64,000 nucleotides of DNA from Felis catus. Taxonomy: Eukaryota. Under the pieces are notes generated by a model. That model saw only the letters and a program-made list of their open reading frames with translations, searched no databases and had not been told where the DNA came from. Location: positions 65,040,001 to 65,104,000 of the forward strand of contig NC_058368.1 of NCBI RefSeq assembly GCF_018350175.1, read 5' to 3'. Shown piece by piece: positions 39,201 to 51,963 of this stretch. Both the position numbers and the translations under genes were made by a program. How positions within the stretch are numbered: position 1 is the stretch's first letter; the number at the start of each line of letters is the position of its first letter.

Positions 39201-39264
39201 TCATCTTCTATTTTAATAATGAGTTCCTTTCATTTTATTTGGGCTCTAGTCATTGAACAATAAG

Positions 39265-39630
39265 GTAAATTTCCCAGCCTCTCATGCAGCTAGGTGTGCC
39301 TTTTTGATGTGTCCTACTTCCACGATATTTTCTTAAAGAGGAAGTTGCCTGCTATTGACTTCCATATGCCCCTGTTCGCCTGGATAGGGAATGAGTCAAT
39401 CTAAACTATGGAGATGAAGTATGTAATTATAATGGGAGATAGTGAAAAAATAAGATATAAAGATCTAGATCCCCGAATGCCTTCTTGGAGGATAGCCATT
39501 TTGTCAGTCCTGAACTACCTTCATCAGGATTGTTTCATGAAAACATAACAAAACAAAACTTTTATCCAATGTAGGTTAGTGACTTTGGGGTCATTTTTAC
39601 AGTGACTTAGCCTCTACTCTCAGTCATAGT
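39265..39630 (+). mobile_element. Ancient ERVL-type LTR (LTR16/LTR33-like)
   Basis: tttcccagcctctcatgcagctaggtgtg motif and cagtcctgaactacct. Confidence 0.55.
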
Positions 39631-39840
39631 AAAATACATCCAGTGATATCCACTGATTATTTTGTTGTGATTTTGCCAATTATATCTTGATTAACTAAGT
39701 TTGTCCTCCAATTTCTCAAAAATAACTTATGGTGAAAATATTCCCTATTTTGTGCAACTTAAAAACTGTTAAACCTCTAAACCTAATTTCCAGTTTTACC
39801 AGGAGTGATAAAGGAGCAGGTTAAACAAAACACCAAGATA

Positions 39841-40140
39841 GGGGCATCTGGGTGGCTCAGTTAGTTCAACATCTGATTCTTGTTTCGACTCAGGTCATGA
39901 TCTCATAGTTCCTGGGTTTGAGGCGGCCTCAGGCTCCCTGCTGACAGCATAGGGAGCCTGCTTAGGATTCTCTCTGCCCCTCTCCACATTCCCATCTCCT
40001 TACCTCCTCCCCTCCTCTCCACACCTCCCACACTCCCCTCCGTCTACCCCCGACCCCTCCCTCACCTCCTCCCATATATGCACTGGAGAGTGCATGTGCT
40101 TGCACACACTCTCTCTCTCAAAATAAATAAACTCAAAAAA
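39841..40140 (+). mobile_element. Can-SINE with internal C-rich expansion
   Basis: ggggcatctgggtggctcagtt head; about 95-nt cctc-rich tract 39980-40075; aaaataaataaac tail. Confidence 0.92.
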
Positions 40141-40379
40141 GAATCAAGAAAAAAGAATCGGGTAAATGCAGAATTGGAAAAATACATGTCATGTTTCCTG
40201 AATTCTTCAAAACGTGAATGTTATAAAAAAAAATCAAAAGCAGAGGACTTTATTACTAAGGAAAACTAAAATAAACAGTCATAATCACCCATTACAAAGC
40301 ATCCACCTAGGATGGGGCCTAGTTCCTAAGAAGGCAAACTGTAAAATATATAGTTACATAACTTAGAAAAATTTTATAT

Positions 40380-40770
40380 GGACTGGATGTAAATAAAATT
40401 ATGGAATAACTTTGTATTTCTTAGGTGTGATAGCAGTATAATGTTATGTAGGGAATTGTCCTTATTCTTAGGAAATGAATCTTCAAGTAATTAGAAATAA
40501 AGTTACCTAAAGTCCTAAACTTACTTTTAAATATATATTTACATATGGAGAGAAAGAGAGAATGAAAAAGAGAGGAGAGAGAGATAAGGGGAAGGTTAGG
40601 GAGGGGGAAAAGGGAGGGGATGAGATAAGTCTATAGATAAACCAAATATGCCAAAAAAAAAAAAAAAAGGTAAATATTATTGAATTCAAGTGGAGGATAT
40701 ATACAAGTATTTATTAAAGTATCCTACTATTCCTTTTTTAAAAAATTCTAAAATAAAACTTGGGGGAGTA
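40380..40770 (+). mobile_element. Old L1 3' UTR fragment (L1MC4/ME-like)
   Basis: ttcttaggtgtgatagcagtataatgttatgtagg...gtccttattcttaggaaatg. Confidence 0.65.
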
Positions 40771-41210
40771 AGTATTTAAAGCACTCAAAAACATGTTTAT
40801 TGCCTTTATACTCAAATGACAGTGGGTGAGACGTCAAACCCTTGGGTGCATTCTCTTCTCTTCAGCATTTTGTAGGGATTGTTCTGTTGACGGCTTGCAT
40901 AAAAGGTTGCTGTGGAGAAGTGGAAGTTGAATTAATTTATATAATAAGTTACTTTAAATTCTCATCTGGCTTCCCAGTGAATTCTTTTTGTGCATTAAAA
41001 GACAAATAACTTCCCTGCGTTGTCTTATTGTTAACCATTCTTCCTCACTTTCTACTGGGAAGAACCTAATATGACCTTTCAATTTGTAAGTTCATGTTTT
41101 TTTAATCCCATAAGTAGTTAATATACTGTATTTGTTTTGTTGTTTCTTCATAGAGGATTCCAGTTGTTCATACGACTTCCAAATCCGTCATTTTTTAAAT
41201 GTCTGTTTTC

Positions 41211-41412
41211 AACGTTTATTTATTTTTGGGACAGAGAGAGACAGAGCATGAACGGGGGAGGGGCAGAGAGAGAGGGAGACACAGAATCGGAAACAGGCTC
41301 CAGGCTCTGAGCCATCAGCCCAGAGCCTGACGCGGGGCTCGAACTCACGGACCGCGAGATCGTGACCTGGCTGAAGTCGGACGCTTAACCGACTGCGCCA
41401 CCCAGGCGCCCC
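41211..41412 (-). mobile_element. Young SINEC_Fc lacking a poly(A) tail
   Basis: Near-consensus; 15-bp perfect TSD taaatgtctgttttc at 41196-41210 and 41413-41427 abuts aacgtttatttatt directly. Confidence 0.97.
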
Positions 41413-42240
41413 TAAATGTCTGTTTTCTTAATGGTATAAGTCTCATATTAATATATGTTTTCTATTTAACTTCATTTACTTTTTCCACCATATCCTTTGT
41501 TTTCAGAATGTCAGTTTTTCAATGAACTTCTTGCAAGTTCAGCTGGATTTGTTTAATAGTTTTGTGTTATTTCCATACTTTTCTCAGCTCTACCAGCTGA
41601 TAATTTTTATTGCCTCAACATATCTTCCCAGAGCTTTTGCATTTTTGCTTTATATCTTCCTTTTGAAGAGTTAACTTATTAGTATCTTCTTAAACTTATA
41701 GTGAGAAACTTTCTTTTTTTCCCCCTGATATTGTCTTTGAATGGATCCCACACGGGTGCCTTCTTGTATCACTGAAGAAGTTGAGTTTTTCCTGCACCAA
41801 CTATTTGCTAGGAGTATTATGTCAGAGACAGAAAGCAATAGTATTCAGGACAGACTTGACTTCTCATGACTGAGGGTTCTGGGTGTGACTTTTTCCCATG
41901 CAAGGGAAATAGGTGTCGATTTTCTTAATTCAGAGTCTCTTTCTAAGCTGCAACAGAGAAAGTTTTGCTTGCACATATGTATCGCCCATAGGATTGCTCA
42001 TTTAATCTCTGTTCCTCTGCTTCTTGGAACCATGTTGGGTGAAGTAAAACTGATGCCAGGTATATCGTTAGATCTGCTGCCGAAAATAAGGAAGCTTGGT
42101 TTATCATCTGGCATGACCTTCATCTTTGATATGGTATTTTTTGCTGGCTCTTTCTCTGATCTAAAAGCTCTTATCATCATTTATTGGCTTCCTCCTACTT
42201 GTTCCACTGCATGCCTTCTGCTGGAAGCCACCAAATATCT

Positions 42241-42400
42241 TTTTTAAAAAACATTTTATTCAGGTAAAACCTGTTCATATTTAATGTATACAACTTAACA
42301 AGTTTGGAGATGAACATATATCAGTAAAACCATCACTAAAATCCTTGCCGAAAAACATATTCATCACCTCCAAAAGTTTGCTCCCACTCTCTTTTATCAT
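42241..42400 (-). mobile_element. L1MA/MB 3'-terminal fragment
   Basis: atatttaatgtatacaactt...catattcatcacctccaaaagttt. Confidence 0.75.
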
Positions 42401-43073
42401 TATCATTATTATTACTATTATTATTTTATATCTTGTGATCCAGGATTTTAGCTGTCTTCCAGTTTCACCAAATATAGTGCTTCTGTCTTTTATTCATTGT
42501 TCTCCTTGGTGCTTTTGGATGGCTTGTAGAAAACAAAAGGCATATGCTGATTTTATATTCCAATGTTCAAACAAGAAGGCCTATTCATGATTTCTTTATT
42601 TTGAATTTTCGTTCTTCTATTTTTAATGTGACTAGGTTTGGTCTTCAGAAAGATTTTTCATAATGGTTAATAGATGATATATACTCAGACTTTAAAACTC
42701 CCTTCCTGTCACCTCTATGCATGAAACTTGTGCATACAGACAAGACATCGTTGTTGGGGAAAAGTCTTCTCACCTCTTATGTCCAAAGAAAGTGTTCCAT
42801 CATTTCCTGTTCTTGAATATTACTATGTGGAAATCTCAGACTAGCTTGAACTTGCCCTTATATGTGATTGTTTCTTCTTCCAGAATGATTTCGTTATTCT
42901 TTCCTTGACCTTAAAGTCAACAGTTTTGCTCTTATAATTTTTCCTTTGCAGCATGTATGATCTTATCTAACCTACCTCCCATACCATTTTTTTTTTGTTT
43001 TTTAGTGTTTATTGTTGTGCATTTTCTGATTTTTAGTTCACCAGTTCTTTTAGTTTTTCTCTTAAAACAAATG

Positions 43074-43267
43074 GTTTTTTATTATATTTTACTATTTTTT
43101 TATTTTTTTACATGTATTTAAACTTTATTTTGAGAGAGACAGAGACAGCATGAGCCAGGGAGGGGCAAAGAGAGAAGGAGAGAGAGAGAGAATCCCAAGC
43201 GGGCTCTGCACTCACCCAATGGAGGGCTTGAACTCACCAGAGTTAGACACTTAACCCAGGTGCCCCC
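43074..43267 (-). mobile_element. Can-SINE with internal deletions in the tRNA-like head
   Basis: gaatcccaagcgggctctgc...cttgaactcac...acttaacccaggtgccccc; TSD aaaacaaatg at 43064-43073 and 43268-43277. Confidence 0.9.
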
Positions 43268-45922
43268 AAAACAAATGTTATTTTAATATTTTAATATTTT
43301 ACGTGTCACCTCAATTTCTTTCCCTAGATTTGTCAGTAACTTTATTTTATACAATCCTGTGTTTCATAGAAATTCCATGTTCTCTAACTTCCTTGAGATG
43401 ACAGATAATTTTTTCTGAAATTTCCTTTTCTTTCCTGAGTTAAGTTACACTTCCAAAATTCAGTCTTAATAGTCTTTTGAATGTTAATCCATTCTTTTGT
43501 GGCGCTTTTTGTATACCAGGTCCTTTGTATTTATTAATCATCTTTAAATGTAGACCATAGTATCTCTTTTGCAACGTTTAGAAAGATAGTGTGGGTGGAC
43601 TCCCATTAGCTAGTCTTTTTGTAAAAATAAGATAGCCTTAGAGTCATCCCTCTATCTCCAGCTGGAGAACTAAATACTGTTTATTTTGTTTCTCTGTTTT
43701 ACTTTTCAACTGTTTGGGAGCATTGGAGGCATGAAAACAGTGGAAATGATGAATGCCTTGGGATGGCCTTCAGCTAATGTATAAACTTTCATCTCTGAGC
43801 TCCAAATCTGCTATATCCTCTATGCAGAGGGTGCAGTTAATTCCTTGGGGTTAGATAACATCCTTCATCTTTTGGCCATTACATTTATCCTTTCCTCCAA
43901 TAACTATGTATTCTAAGATGGTTACTGTTTTCTCAGCAATGCCTGCCCTCTTTTTACTCCCTCTAAACAATCATCTGACACCAGGCCACCTCTCTGTTTA
44001 AGAACCCCAATGAAGAGTTAAGATGACATGGAATCTCAGTACCTCCTTCAACCCAACACATGATCTAGAAAAATAAGACTAGACCTTAAGCAGTGTGCCC
44101 CTCACTGCACTTTTCACTTGGCTCCCCCATGTCCCAAGCCCTTGTCTTTCCAAGATAAGGACCACTGTCAGGGTGATTCACAACTCTTATCATTTGCATT
44201 ATCGAAAACAACATCATAGTCACCATTTTAGAGTAGTTATTAAATCTTAGGGTCTTTCATTTTGTTCAAAATTTTCTTGCATTTGTCAGATATTCTTTAT
44301 AAGGTATGTCAAGAAGTTGTTCAAGATCTGTGGTTTCATTATAAATTAATTTTCCCTCCTTTCATGTATTTTATATATTCTAGGGGAACATACATAATAT
44401 TCAATGAATATCAGGGAGAGAATCATGTCAGTGTTCAAAAGTTAACATTGTCCCCAGAAAAAAAAAAAAAGAACAATCAACCCTTTCTAACATGACAGAT
44501 TTGTGATTATTTCTTTCTCCCAAATTCACATATGCTGCCAAGAAGTTCACAGGCTTCCGGGAATTTTTACTGAAAATTTCAGATATTCCAGCAAGGAATT
44601 TTATCTCTGCAAACAAGTTCTGGAACTAACCATGTCTCATTTCATGCTAGCTTGCTGCTCTGTAGATAAATGTGAAACATCCCTTTGTGGCCAAATGTAC
44701 AATTCAATGGAATTGTGTTGCCTTAATTCTTTAAGCGTATTGTGAGTAGTAAAAAGGCAGAGTAAACCTTTCCTGATTGATGTATGTCAACTGTCATGAG
44801 CTTCATGGACATACACAGTGATAAAGAAAGTAAGTGACAGTTGGGACTCATGGACAAAAGCATTTACTATAGAATCCAGTGCAACAGACACAGTCTTCTC
44901 CCTTCTGAGCTGTGGCCTGTTTCTGGCCTTAAGATTCAGCATTGAGACAGGTTGTCAAAGATAAGACAGGATGTGAAAGAGGTCCTGCTACAGGGCACCT
45001 CAGGTAAGATTTTAATAGCTATCTGTGTTTGAATAAGAATCCTCCTGATGCCTAGTTTTTCCTCCTAGTACAATGAAGTAATATCTTCATATTTCTTTAA
45101 TGACATTTCCATCCGGGAGAATGAATAGTTCAGTGCATTAATTGATGCCAATTTCACATGGAACAATTTTATGGAATGCACTTAGTTCTGATTTTCTAGG
45201 TAGATAAGAATGATGTAACTCTTCCTATTTTACCAGGTAAAGACCTGTCTACCTGAATAGTTATGACAGGGAGAAGAAAATGACCTTGGCTTCTATATAA
45301 GTCACAGGAGGTATGTAAACAGTTAACGCTGACATTCAGTTTTCCCTCCTATTTACAAATATATTCAACTGTGCTACTGAAATAAAATATATGCTACTGC
45401 ACTAACCTAATGCAGTGATTGGTGGTGGGAAACAGGTGATGTGTACAATGAGAGAGGTTAGGAAAATAATTGATGGATGATAAATTATAAGATAAACACA
45501 CTGAAGGATAGGCCTTTCTGCTTTTCATGTTTCTATCTTTTCACAAATGTTCTCATATGTTTTTCTATAAAGCACAGTAACATTCCTTGCAATACAATAT
45601 TGAGTATCTATATCTCTGCTCTGAACTAATTTTTCTTATATATTGCTCAGTCTTGACACTGACTGATGTCTCAGAGGTGTCCCAAGGATTATCAGTCAAT
45701 CACAAATATTCACGGAACATAAAGTGTCATGTGCTGAGAACCATCCATTTTGAAGTTGGTTCTGAGAAAGTAGGAAATCAGTTAAGCCCTTGATCGAAAG
45801 ATAAAATCAGGAACATAGAGACAAAATAAAATAAAGGTCACAATTCATGGGAATTTCCAAAGGCTCATTCCAGGTTTCTCTTCTCCTCTTCTCTTCTCTT
45901 CTGCCCTCACCTTTCCTTCCTC

Positions 45923-45925
<3 letters not shown>

Positions 45926-45970
<45 letters not shown>
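45926..45970. repeat. (CT)n microsatellite
   Basis: About 22 perfect CT units after a pyrimidine tract. Confidence 0.97.
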
Positions 45971-45974
<4 letters not shown>

Positions 45975-46011
45975 GCTTTATAGGGATTTAATCTATTCAC
46001 AAAAGCATTTT

Positions 46012-46790
46012 AGTTCATTCATTATACAAACATGTACTGAGTGTTTTTAATGAGTCATGTACCTGATAAGGAGCCAAGAATTCAAAGAATACCATGGATT
46101 CTCTTTCCTCAAAGAGCCTGCAGTATAATGGTGGTGATGAACTCATAGATGACATAGGAAGTGTCATTATAACAGAAGTGCACTATGAACATATGGGGCA
46201 CAGAGTAAGGGCATCTAACCCTGCCTGGAAGGCAGTAGGAAGCATTCCTGGAGGAGTTGATATACTTATATAGAATTTCAAAGCATGAACGAGAGCCAAA
46301 TATTAATTGGAGAAAAAATAGATCCCAAGTAGATAGGACATCATGAGCAAAGGTATGAGAAAGAGAAATTGCATAATAAGTGTTCAGTGTTGCTGAAGCT
46401 GATGGTGAAGGGAAAGTGAGAGATAAGAAGAGTCTCGCATGCAGAGCTTTTATTTCTATGTTAAGAAACTTAGACTGTATCCTCTGGGCAATGGGAGCCA
46501 CTCAAGAGTTTTAAACAAAGAAATGACAGGGTCAGATTTATATTTTAGAACCACTTGATGGTTTAGTGAAAGACCGACTTGAAAGGAAGAAGACTGAAGT
46601 TGGAAAAACTGGTTAACAGACTGTTTCGGTGGTCAGGATGCAAGATGATGAGGATGTCATCCAAGACCGCATTACAGATGGAGAAGGGGACAGGCTTGGA
46701 AAATGTTTAGAAGGTAATATTGGCAAGGCTTTGTATTACTGGAGCTGGCATAAGGAAGAGTGCAGAGTTAAAGAAAACCTAAACTACCTG
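46012..46790 (-). mobile_element. L2 remnant, antisense
   Basis: ttcattcatt...tactgagtg, ttcctggaggag, gggcaatgggagccactcaagagttttaaac, ggtcagatttatattttagaa. Confidence 0.85.
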
Positions 46791-49404
46791 ACATACTCTA
46801 CAAGAGTCACAGCATTCAGTGCTGTCATTCAAGGACCAGAGTATCTGCCCTGAGTTCAGCTGTTCTCCGTGGTGATCAATTTAGATGTGAGAGGGTTTTT
46901 GTGACTGTTGTTCATCCATGTTTCCATGTCCTAAGAGAACATGTCATTGATGTGGAATCTAAAACACAGAAATTGGAAATACCTGGCCCCACACTCCTTA
47001 TCTTTTTCCTACAAGCTCTGAAGAAGAAGCTTGGCCAGTTGTGTTCTCCCATGCACAAGCTTAGGGAGCCTCTGAAGGTGTTCCCCTATCTCCTACCACT
47101 GCTGCAATCATTCATGTGACATGGGGGGAAAAAGTACATGTAAAGGAAGGACCGTCTGAATCTGCTACCAATAGAACAAAATGCAGCTCCTGGAGTTAGC
47201 TTGCTTCATTATGCTCTAGCATGTTTGGCAACTGGCTCACTCACACCATAGTCCTTTAAAGAATAATATACAGGCATGCAATGTAAGAGACGTCTCTATC
47301 CATGCCCAAAGGTTTCCTTTTCTCAACTAAGCAGGAAAAATTGTGCAATGTTTTCTCCAAATGTTTAACTGACTATTGAGGGACAATGTCCACTTTCACA
47401 TGCTCTATATTCTTCAGTGTATTGACACTTCATTAACATTCTGTTAGTAATATTAATGATAATGACAATATTTAATACCCAGAAGATATACTTGCAAATT
47501 TTTCAATGATGAATTAAGGAACAGTTCTTCCAATAGAAAATGTCTATAACCTTTAAAAAGCATCATTAACAAAGTATAGACTAACAGCTTGAGACAAAAG
47601 CCATAAAACATTTTTAATACAGAGAGATGACACAATTTGGGTCAAGTAATTAGACCCAAATCAATAAAGCTGTAAGAAACAGTTACCTAAATATGGAGAG
47701 GAGCCTCAAAAACCTGTCTAGGAAAATAGAAAACTCCCTTTAAGATATGTTCTCAAAGCCACTGCATAATTGAGAGTGTCTAATTCAAATACAACAAAAA
47801 GGAAAATAAGGCAAGCAATGCATAACCAAAACAACAAAAACAACAACAAATGTTAAAGCAGCAAAAGCCACAACCAAGGAAATTGTTTCTACTATAGACT
47901 CACAGACAGAAATTTAAGTGAAAAATTACTGTGCTATCTTCCAAATTAAGTAAATATGGCCACTTGTGTGGCGCTAAAAGTCATCATATGCACAGCATGC
48001 TTCTAGCTTGTATCTTGATGATTGTTGAACTATTGTAAACAAGTGTGACAAGAAGACTCTGTCAAGAATGAAATACTCATTTTTTACAGCTAACCAAAAT
48101 AACATGTTGCTAATGAAAATAACATTGCAAAGACACAAATTCCTTCCCCCATTTACATGTTCATAGACTATAGTTATTGTATTTTGCTTCTTCATTCAGA
48201 ATTTCCATTTAAACATACAGCCATTCTTTTTTTTTAACATGCAGCCATTCTTAACTAGCCCTATCCTTCACCTTTTAAGAACATTGTCATTACTGAAAGG
48301 AATCAGGAACCAGCTCAAGACTATGCTGCTCACAAAAGCCAAATTAACACTTACTTGGATCAATAACATCAGAAAATATTTGCATGCAAGATATAAGCAG
48401 ACTAATAAAATTTAGTTCATATAAAAGGAAATTATTTTTAAATTTTAGTTTTTGTTTCTTTCTTTTTTTATATAACCAGAGTTTAGAACATAGGTTATAC
48501 ATGTGCTGACATATTGGTCCTCTAATCCTTGGAGCAGCAAGATCAGATCGATGGAGGCTGAAGTCATTGAGGATAGTCACCTTCTTCAATGAGCTGCCTC
48601 ACTTGTTTATTCTAGTGTGCTACGTAATCACACTCTCTGGGTGCCATCATGTGAAAAATTCAGGAGCAACTGTTTTAGGTAACAGGTATTTTGGCAGCGG
48701 GGGGTGGGGCGTGGGTTTGGGTCTACCTTGACTTTAATATTTTAGTTTATCTCTTGTTGGCCTTGTGTAGGTATGGCTTGAAAGAATGCGCTTTTGTCAG
48801 TATCTCTCTAACAGCAGCTGCTAAGAAAGATCAAAGGAACATCCATACTACGATTTAATAGTATTCTACCCAGAAGAATCTTATTTTCTGGATCTCTAGT
48901 AGATGAAAACTTGATAGACTTCATAGCTCTCACTGATTTTATACTTAGAAACTTAATCACAAATTCTTCTCACAATAAACATACTTATTCATTGGTATCC
49001 TTCTTAGTTATCTGCTACAGAAATAAGCATGGAAGTAGAAGGAAGTGCTATATGCGGCAATTATAATACATTCTCCCTTACCCTGGAGTTCAGGTCTAGT
49101 CTCTCCTTCGTGGGTTGTATGGGCAGTTTGGTTCATTAAGGTAACATGAGGTCACTGAGCTGGAAACAGCATTTGCCAGGAGAAGGGCCAGCTGACAGCA
49201 TTCCTAGCAGCCAAAATTATCAATGAAAGAGAAAACTACAGGTAGCATAAAGACCACTAGGGAATCAATATTTTCAGCCATAAATGCCATTTGAGGACAC
49301 CTATCTTGTTGAAGCCTCAAAATGGGGTTTAACCTGGAACAGGTCTCTTTCCCAACTAAAAATCTCCAACGTTTACAATGTTTACCCACGTCATCCACCA
49401 TTCT

Positions 49405-49530
49405 TACCCCTTGATCACTGCACAGCAGCCACATTGGCTTTCTTTTCTGTGCTCAAATGCACAAGCACATTCCAACCCCAAGTTCTTGTACATTTGTTTC
49501 ACTTCCTAGAATGCTCTTTCCCCACCATTG
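49405..49530 (+). mobile_element. L2 fragment
   Basis: cagccacattggctttcttttctgtgctcaaatgcacaagc...cctagaatgctctttcc. Confidence 0.7.
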
Positions 49531-49699
49531 TTTCACTTTACTTACATTAGCTTAATGTCATGTTGTCTGTTTATTTATTTGTCTGTTGTTTCCCTGATTT
49601 TATGTTTACAGACCCATTATCCATCTCCCCAGCCCAACCAACCATCCCTCCCCTTCCCAGGGCCACTAGAAACCAAACTTGATTCTATCAAGAACTAAT

Positions 49700-50150
49700 A
49701 GTACATTGTAAAAATGGCCAGAATTACTGCCTTTGGTATACCATCCTCCTTTTCAATGCGAGTTTTCAACACTCTCTTTAAGAAGTGATATCTACTGCTC
49801 TACCCCTCAAATCTAAGCTGGCCTTGAGTTCATAGAATGAAGAGAAAATGAAGGAGTGCCTGCCCCAATTTCAGGCCTCAAAAGGCTTTGCACAATTCTG
49901 TGTGTCTTTCAGACTCCTGCCCAATGGCCAGATGAAGAAGTTGTCATGGAGCAAAGTTGGTTCATTTAATTAAAGGTCACAGGTATGTGAGAACACTCAA
50001 TCAAAATCACAAGGTGCTTATCTTCTCTAAATGCATCTGACCACAGATACCCAAAAGAGTTCATACAAGATCAGCCAAGTCTGGCCCAGATCAGCAGAAA
50101 TGCTGAGCTGAACTATGAACCTGTGCTTGTAATCTATTAGTAGCAAATAG
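49700..50150 (+). mobile_element. MaLR LTR (MLT1G/H-like)
   Basis: aaaaatggccag, cccctcaaatctaagctggcctt, ggcctcaaaaggctttgc, cagccaagtctggcccagatcagcagaa. Confidence 0.7.
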
Positions 50151-50675
50151 CACTGAATGTTCAATCTGAAATGGTAGCCTCATCAACCATCTTTAAGGCT
50201 ATGGGGCAAATAGACCTATAACTAAGTCTTGGAGCCCCCAGAGTATCTTCTGATGCCCCAATTTCTCCTCTTGCTTTAAGATTTATTGATTGTATTCCAT
50301 TGCCTTGGTCATAGATTTTCTCATATTTCCCAATCCATTGAGTTAATTATTCTGACAGATTGCTTGCTCAATTCCCACTCGTTTCTTCATCTAAGATGCT
50401 GTTTTGGTTTTCCTATGTTTGCATGTACAACAGCCTAGAAAATCTTCTACAATACTCTTAGGGCTAGTTTCAAATATCAGAAATCTCTACCCAAACGATG
50501 CTTTATGCCCATTGGTTCACACTTCTCAAGGACCAGTTCTATTGTCCAAAAGGCATGATTAATACTCTATGGGACCTACATATTCCTTTTCAGGGAAATT
50601 ATAAACCTATAGTATCAATTTCTATTAACTGATAGATTTGAGTTTCTCTATTCTCATCTAATATTTTTCTTATTT

Positions 50676-50892
50676 GGGATGCCTGGGTGGCTCAGTCAGT
50701 TGAGTGTCTGACTTCAGCTCACGGTTCATGGGTTCGAGCCCTGCATTGGGTTCTGTGCTGACAGTCAGCTGGGAGCCTGGAGCCTGCTTCAGTTTCTGTG
50801 TCTCCCTCTCTCTCTGCCCCTCCCTGACTCGCACTCTCTCTTTCTCTCTCTCTCTCTCAAAAATAAATAAGTATTAAAAAATAAATTAATTA
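50676..50892 (+). mobile_element. Can-SINE
   Basis: 15-bp TSD aatatttttcttatt at 50660-50674 and 50893-50907. Confidence 0.96.
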
Positions 50893-51049
50893 AATATTTT
50901 TCTTATTGTATAGACTATATCCAGAATACTGGTAAATTATCATCTCATTTGAATCCCTTAAATTCAGTAGAAGAGACTTTTAAGAGGGAAAGAAACATCT
51001 AATCTGCCTAATCTTACATATTTAAATACATGTAGGCTTCAGAGGGTAT

Positions 51050-51250
51050 TTGCTAATTGTATTTTTCAAAGATGGTGTTAGTGCTATTTCCATCATGCCT
51101 ATACTTGTAAAACGTGAGCTTGCTGCTCCCTCATCAAAAGATGGAGACTATGTCCCTGCTCTCGAACGCAGACAGAACTTTATGACTGTCCTGACCTACA
51201 GAATACATCACAAGTGACACTATGTGACTTTCAAGGGCAAGTCATAGAAC
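51050..51250 (+). mobile_element. MaLR LTR 5' fragment (MLT1G-like)
   Basis: attgtatttttcaaagatgg...ctccctcatcaaaagatggagac...aagtgacactatgtgactttcaagg. Confidence 0.7.
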
Positions 51251-51323
51251 AAAAATAGAGAACATTAAAATGACATGAACCCAACACATCCACTAGAAGA
51301 CAGGCAAAAGTTAAGACACACTC

Positions 51324-51514
51324 TAGTGGTTCTCCCACTTACTTCAGTGTGCCTCATTAGAATCACCTGGAGAGCTTGATAAACCAAGTTCTGGGCCCTC
51401 CCTTCACAGTTTCTGACTCAGTAAATCTGGATTGGGGTCTGAAGAACTACATTTCTAACAAGGTTTCAGGTGATGCTGGCTGCTGGTCAAAGGACGACAC
51501 TTTGAGAAATGCTA
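51324..51514. mobile_element. MER5A (hAT-Charlie DNA transposon)
   Basis: tagtggttctc...ttagaatcacctggagagctt...atttctaacaag...ggtgatgctg...cactttgagaa with degenerate terminal inverted repeats. Confidence 0.9.
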
Positions 51515-51618
51515 ATGAAAGGAAACACAAACTGACACAAAATAAGTTAAAAAAAGTGAATGCTGTATTTCCCTGATAGTACACACAACTATTTGTGTGA
51601 AAACAAAAAATACTACCA

Positions 51619-51812
51619 GGGCGCCTGGGTGGCTCAGTCACTTAAGCAACCAACCCTTGATTTCGACTCAGGTCATGATCTCATGGTTTGTGGGTTGAAG
51701 CCCCATATCAGGCTCTGTGTTGACAATGAGAGCGTGCTTGGGATTCTCTCTCTCTCTCTGCCCCTTCCCTGCTTGTGCTCTCTCTCTCTCTCTCTCAAAA
51801 TAAATAAACTTT
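51619..51812 (+). mobile_element. Can-SINE
   Basis: TSD aaaaatactac at 51606-51616 and 51813-51823. Confidence 0.96.
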
Positions 51813-51963
51813 AAAAATACTACTACTAATATCAATACTGTTTGAAAAAAACAAAAAAATAAATAAAATAGTAGCCAAGGAAATTTTGGAACCAGAGCCT
51901 TATGCCACAATCTTCCATCAACAAACTCAATAAATACAATTAGTAACTGGTTATTTAATCACT

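Noticed and set aside
44900..45010. Donor CAG|gtaaga at 45004
   Set aside because: Acceptor ambiguous; lone donors are expected by chance in 64 kb
47635..47661. 9-bp inverted repeat atttgggtc...gacccaaat
   Set aside because: Short, isolated and compatible with chance; too small for a pre-miRNA
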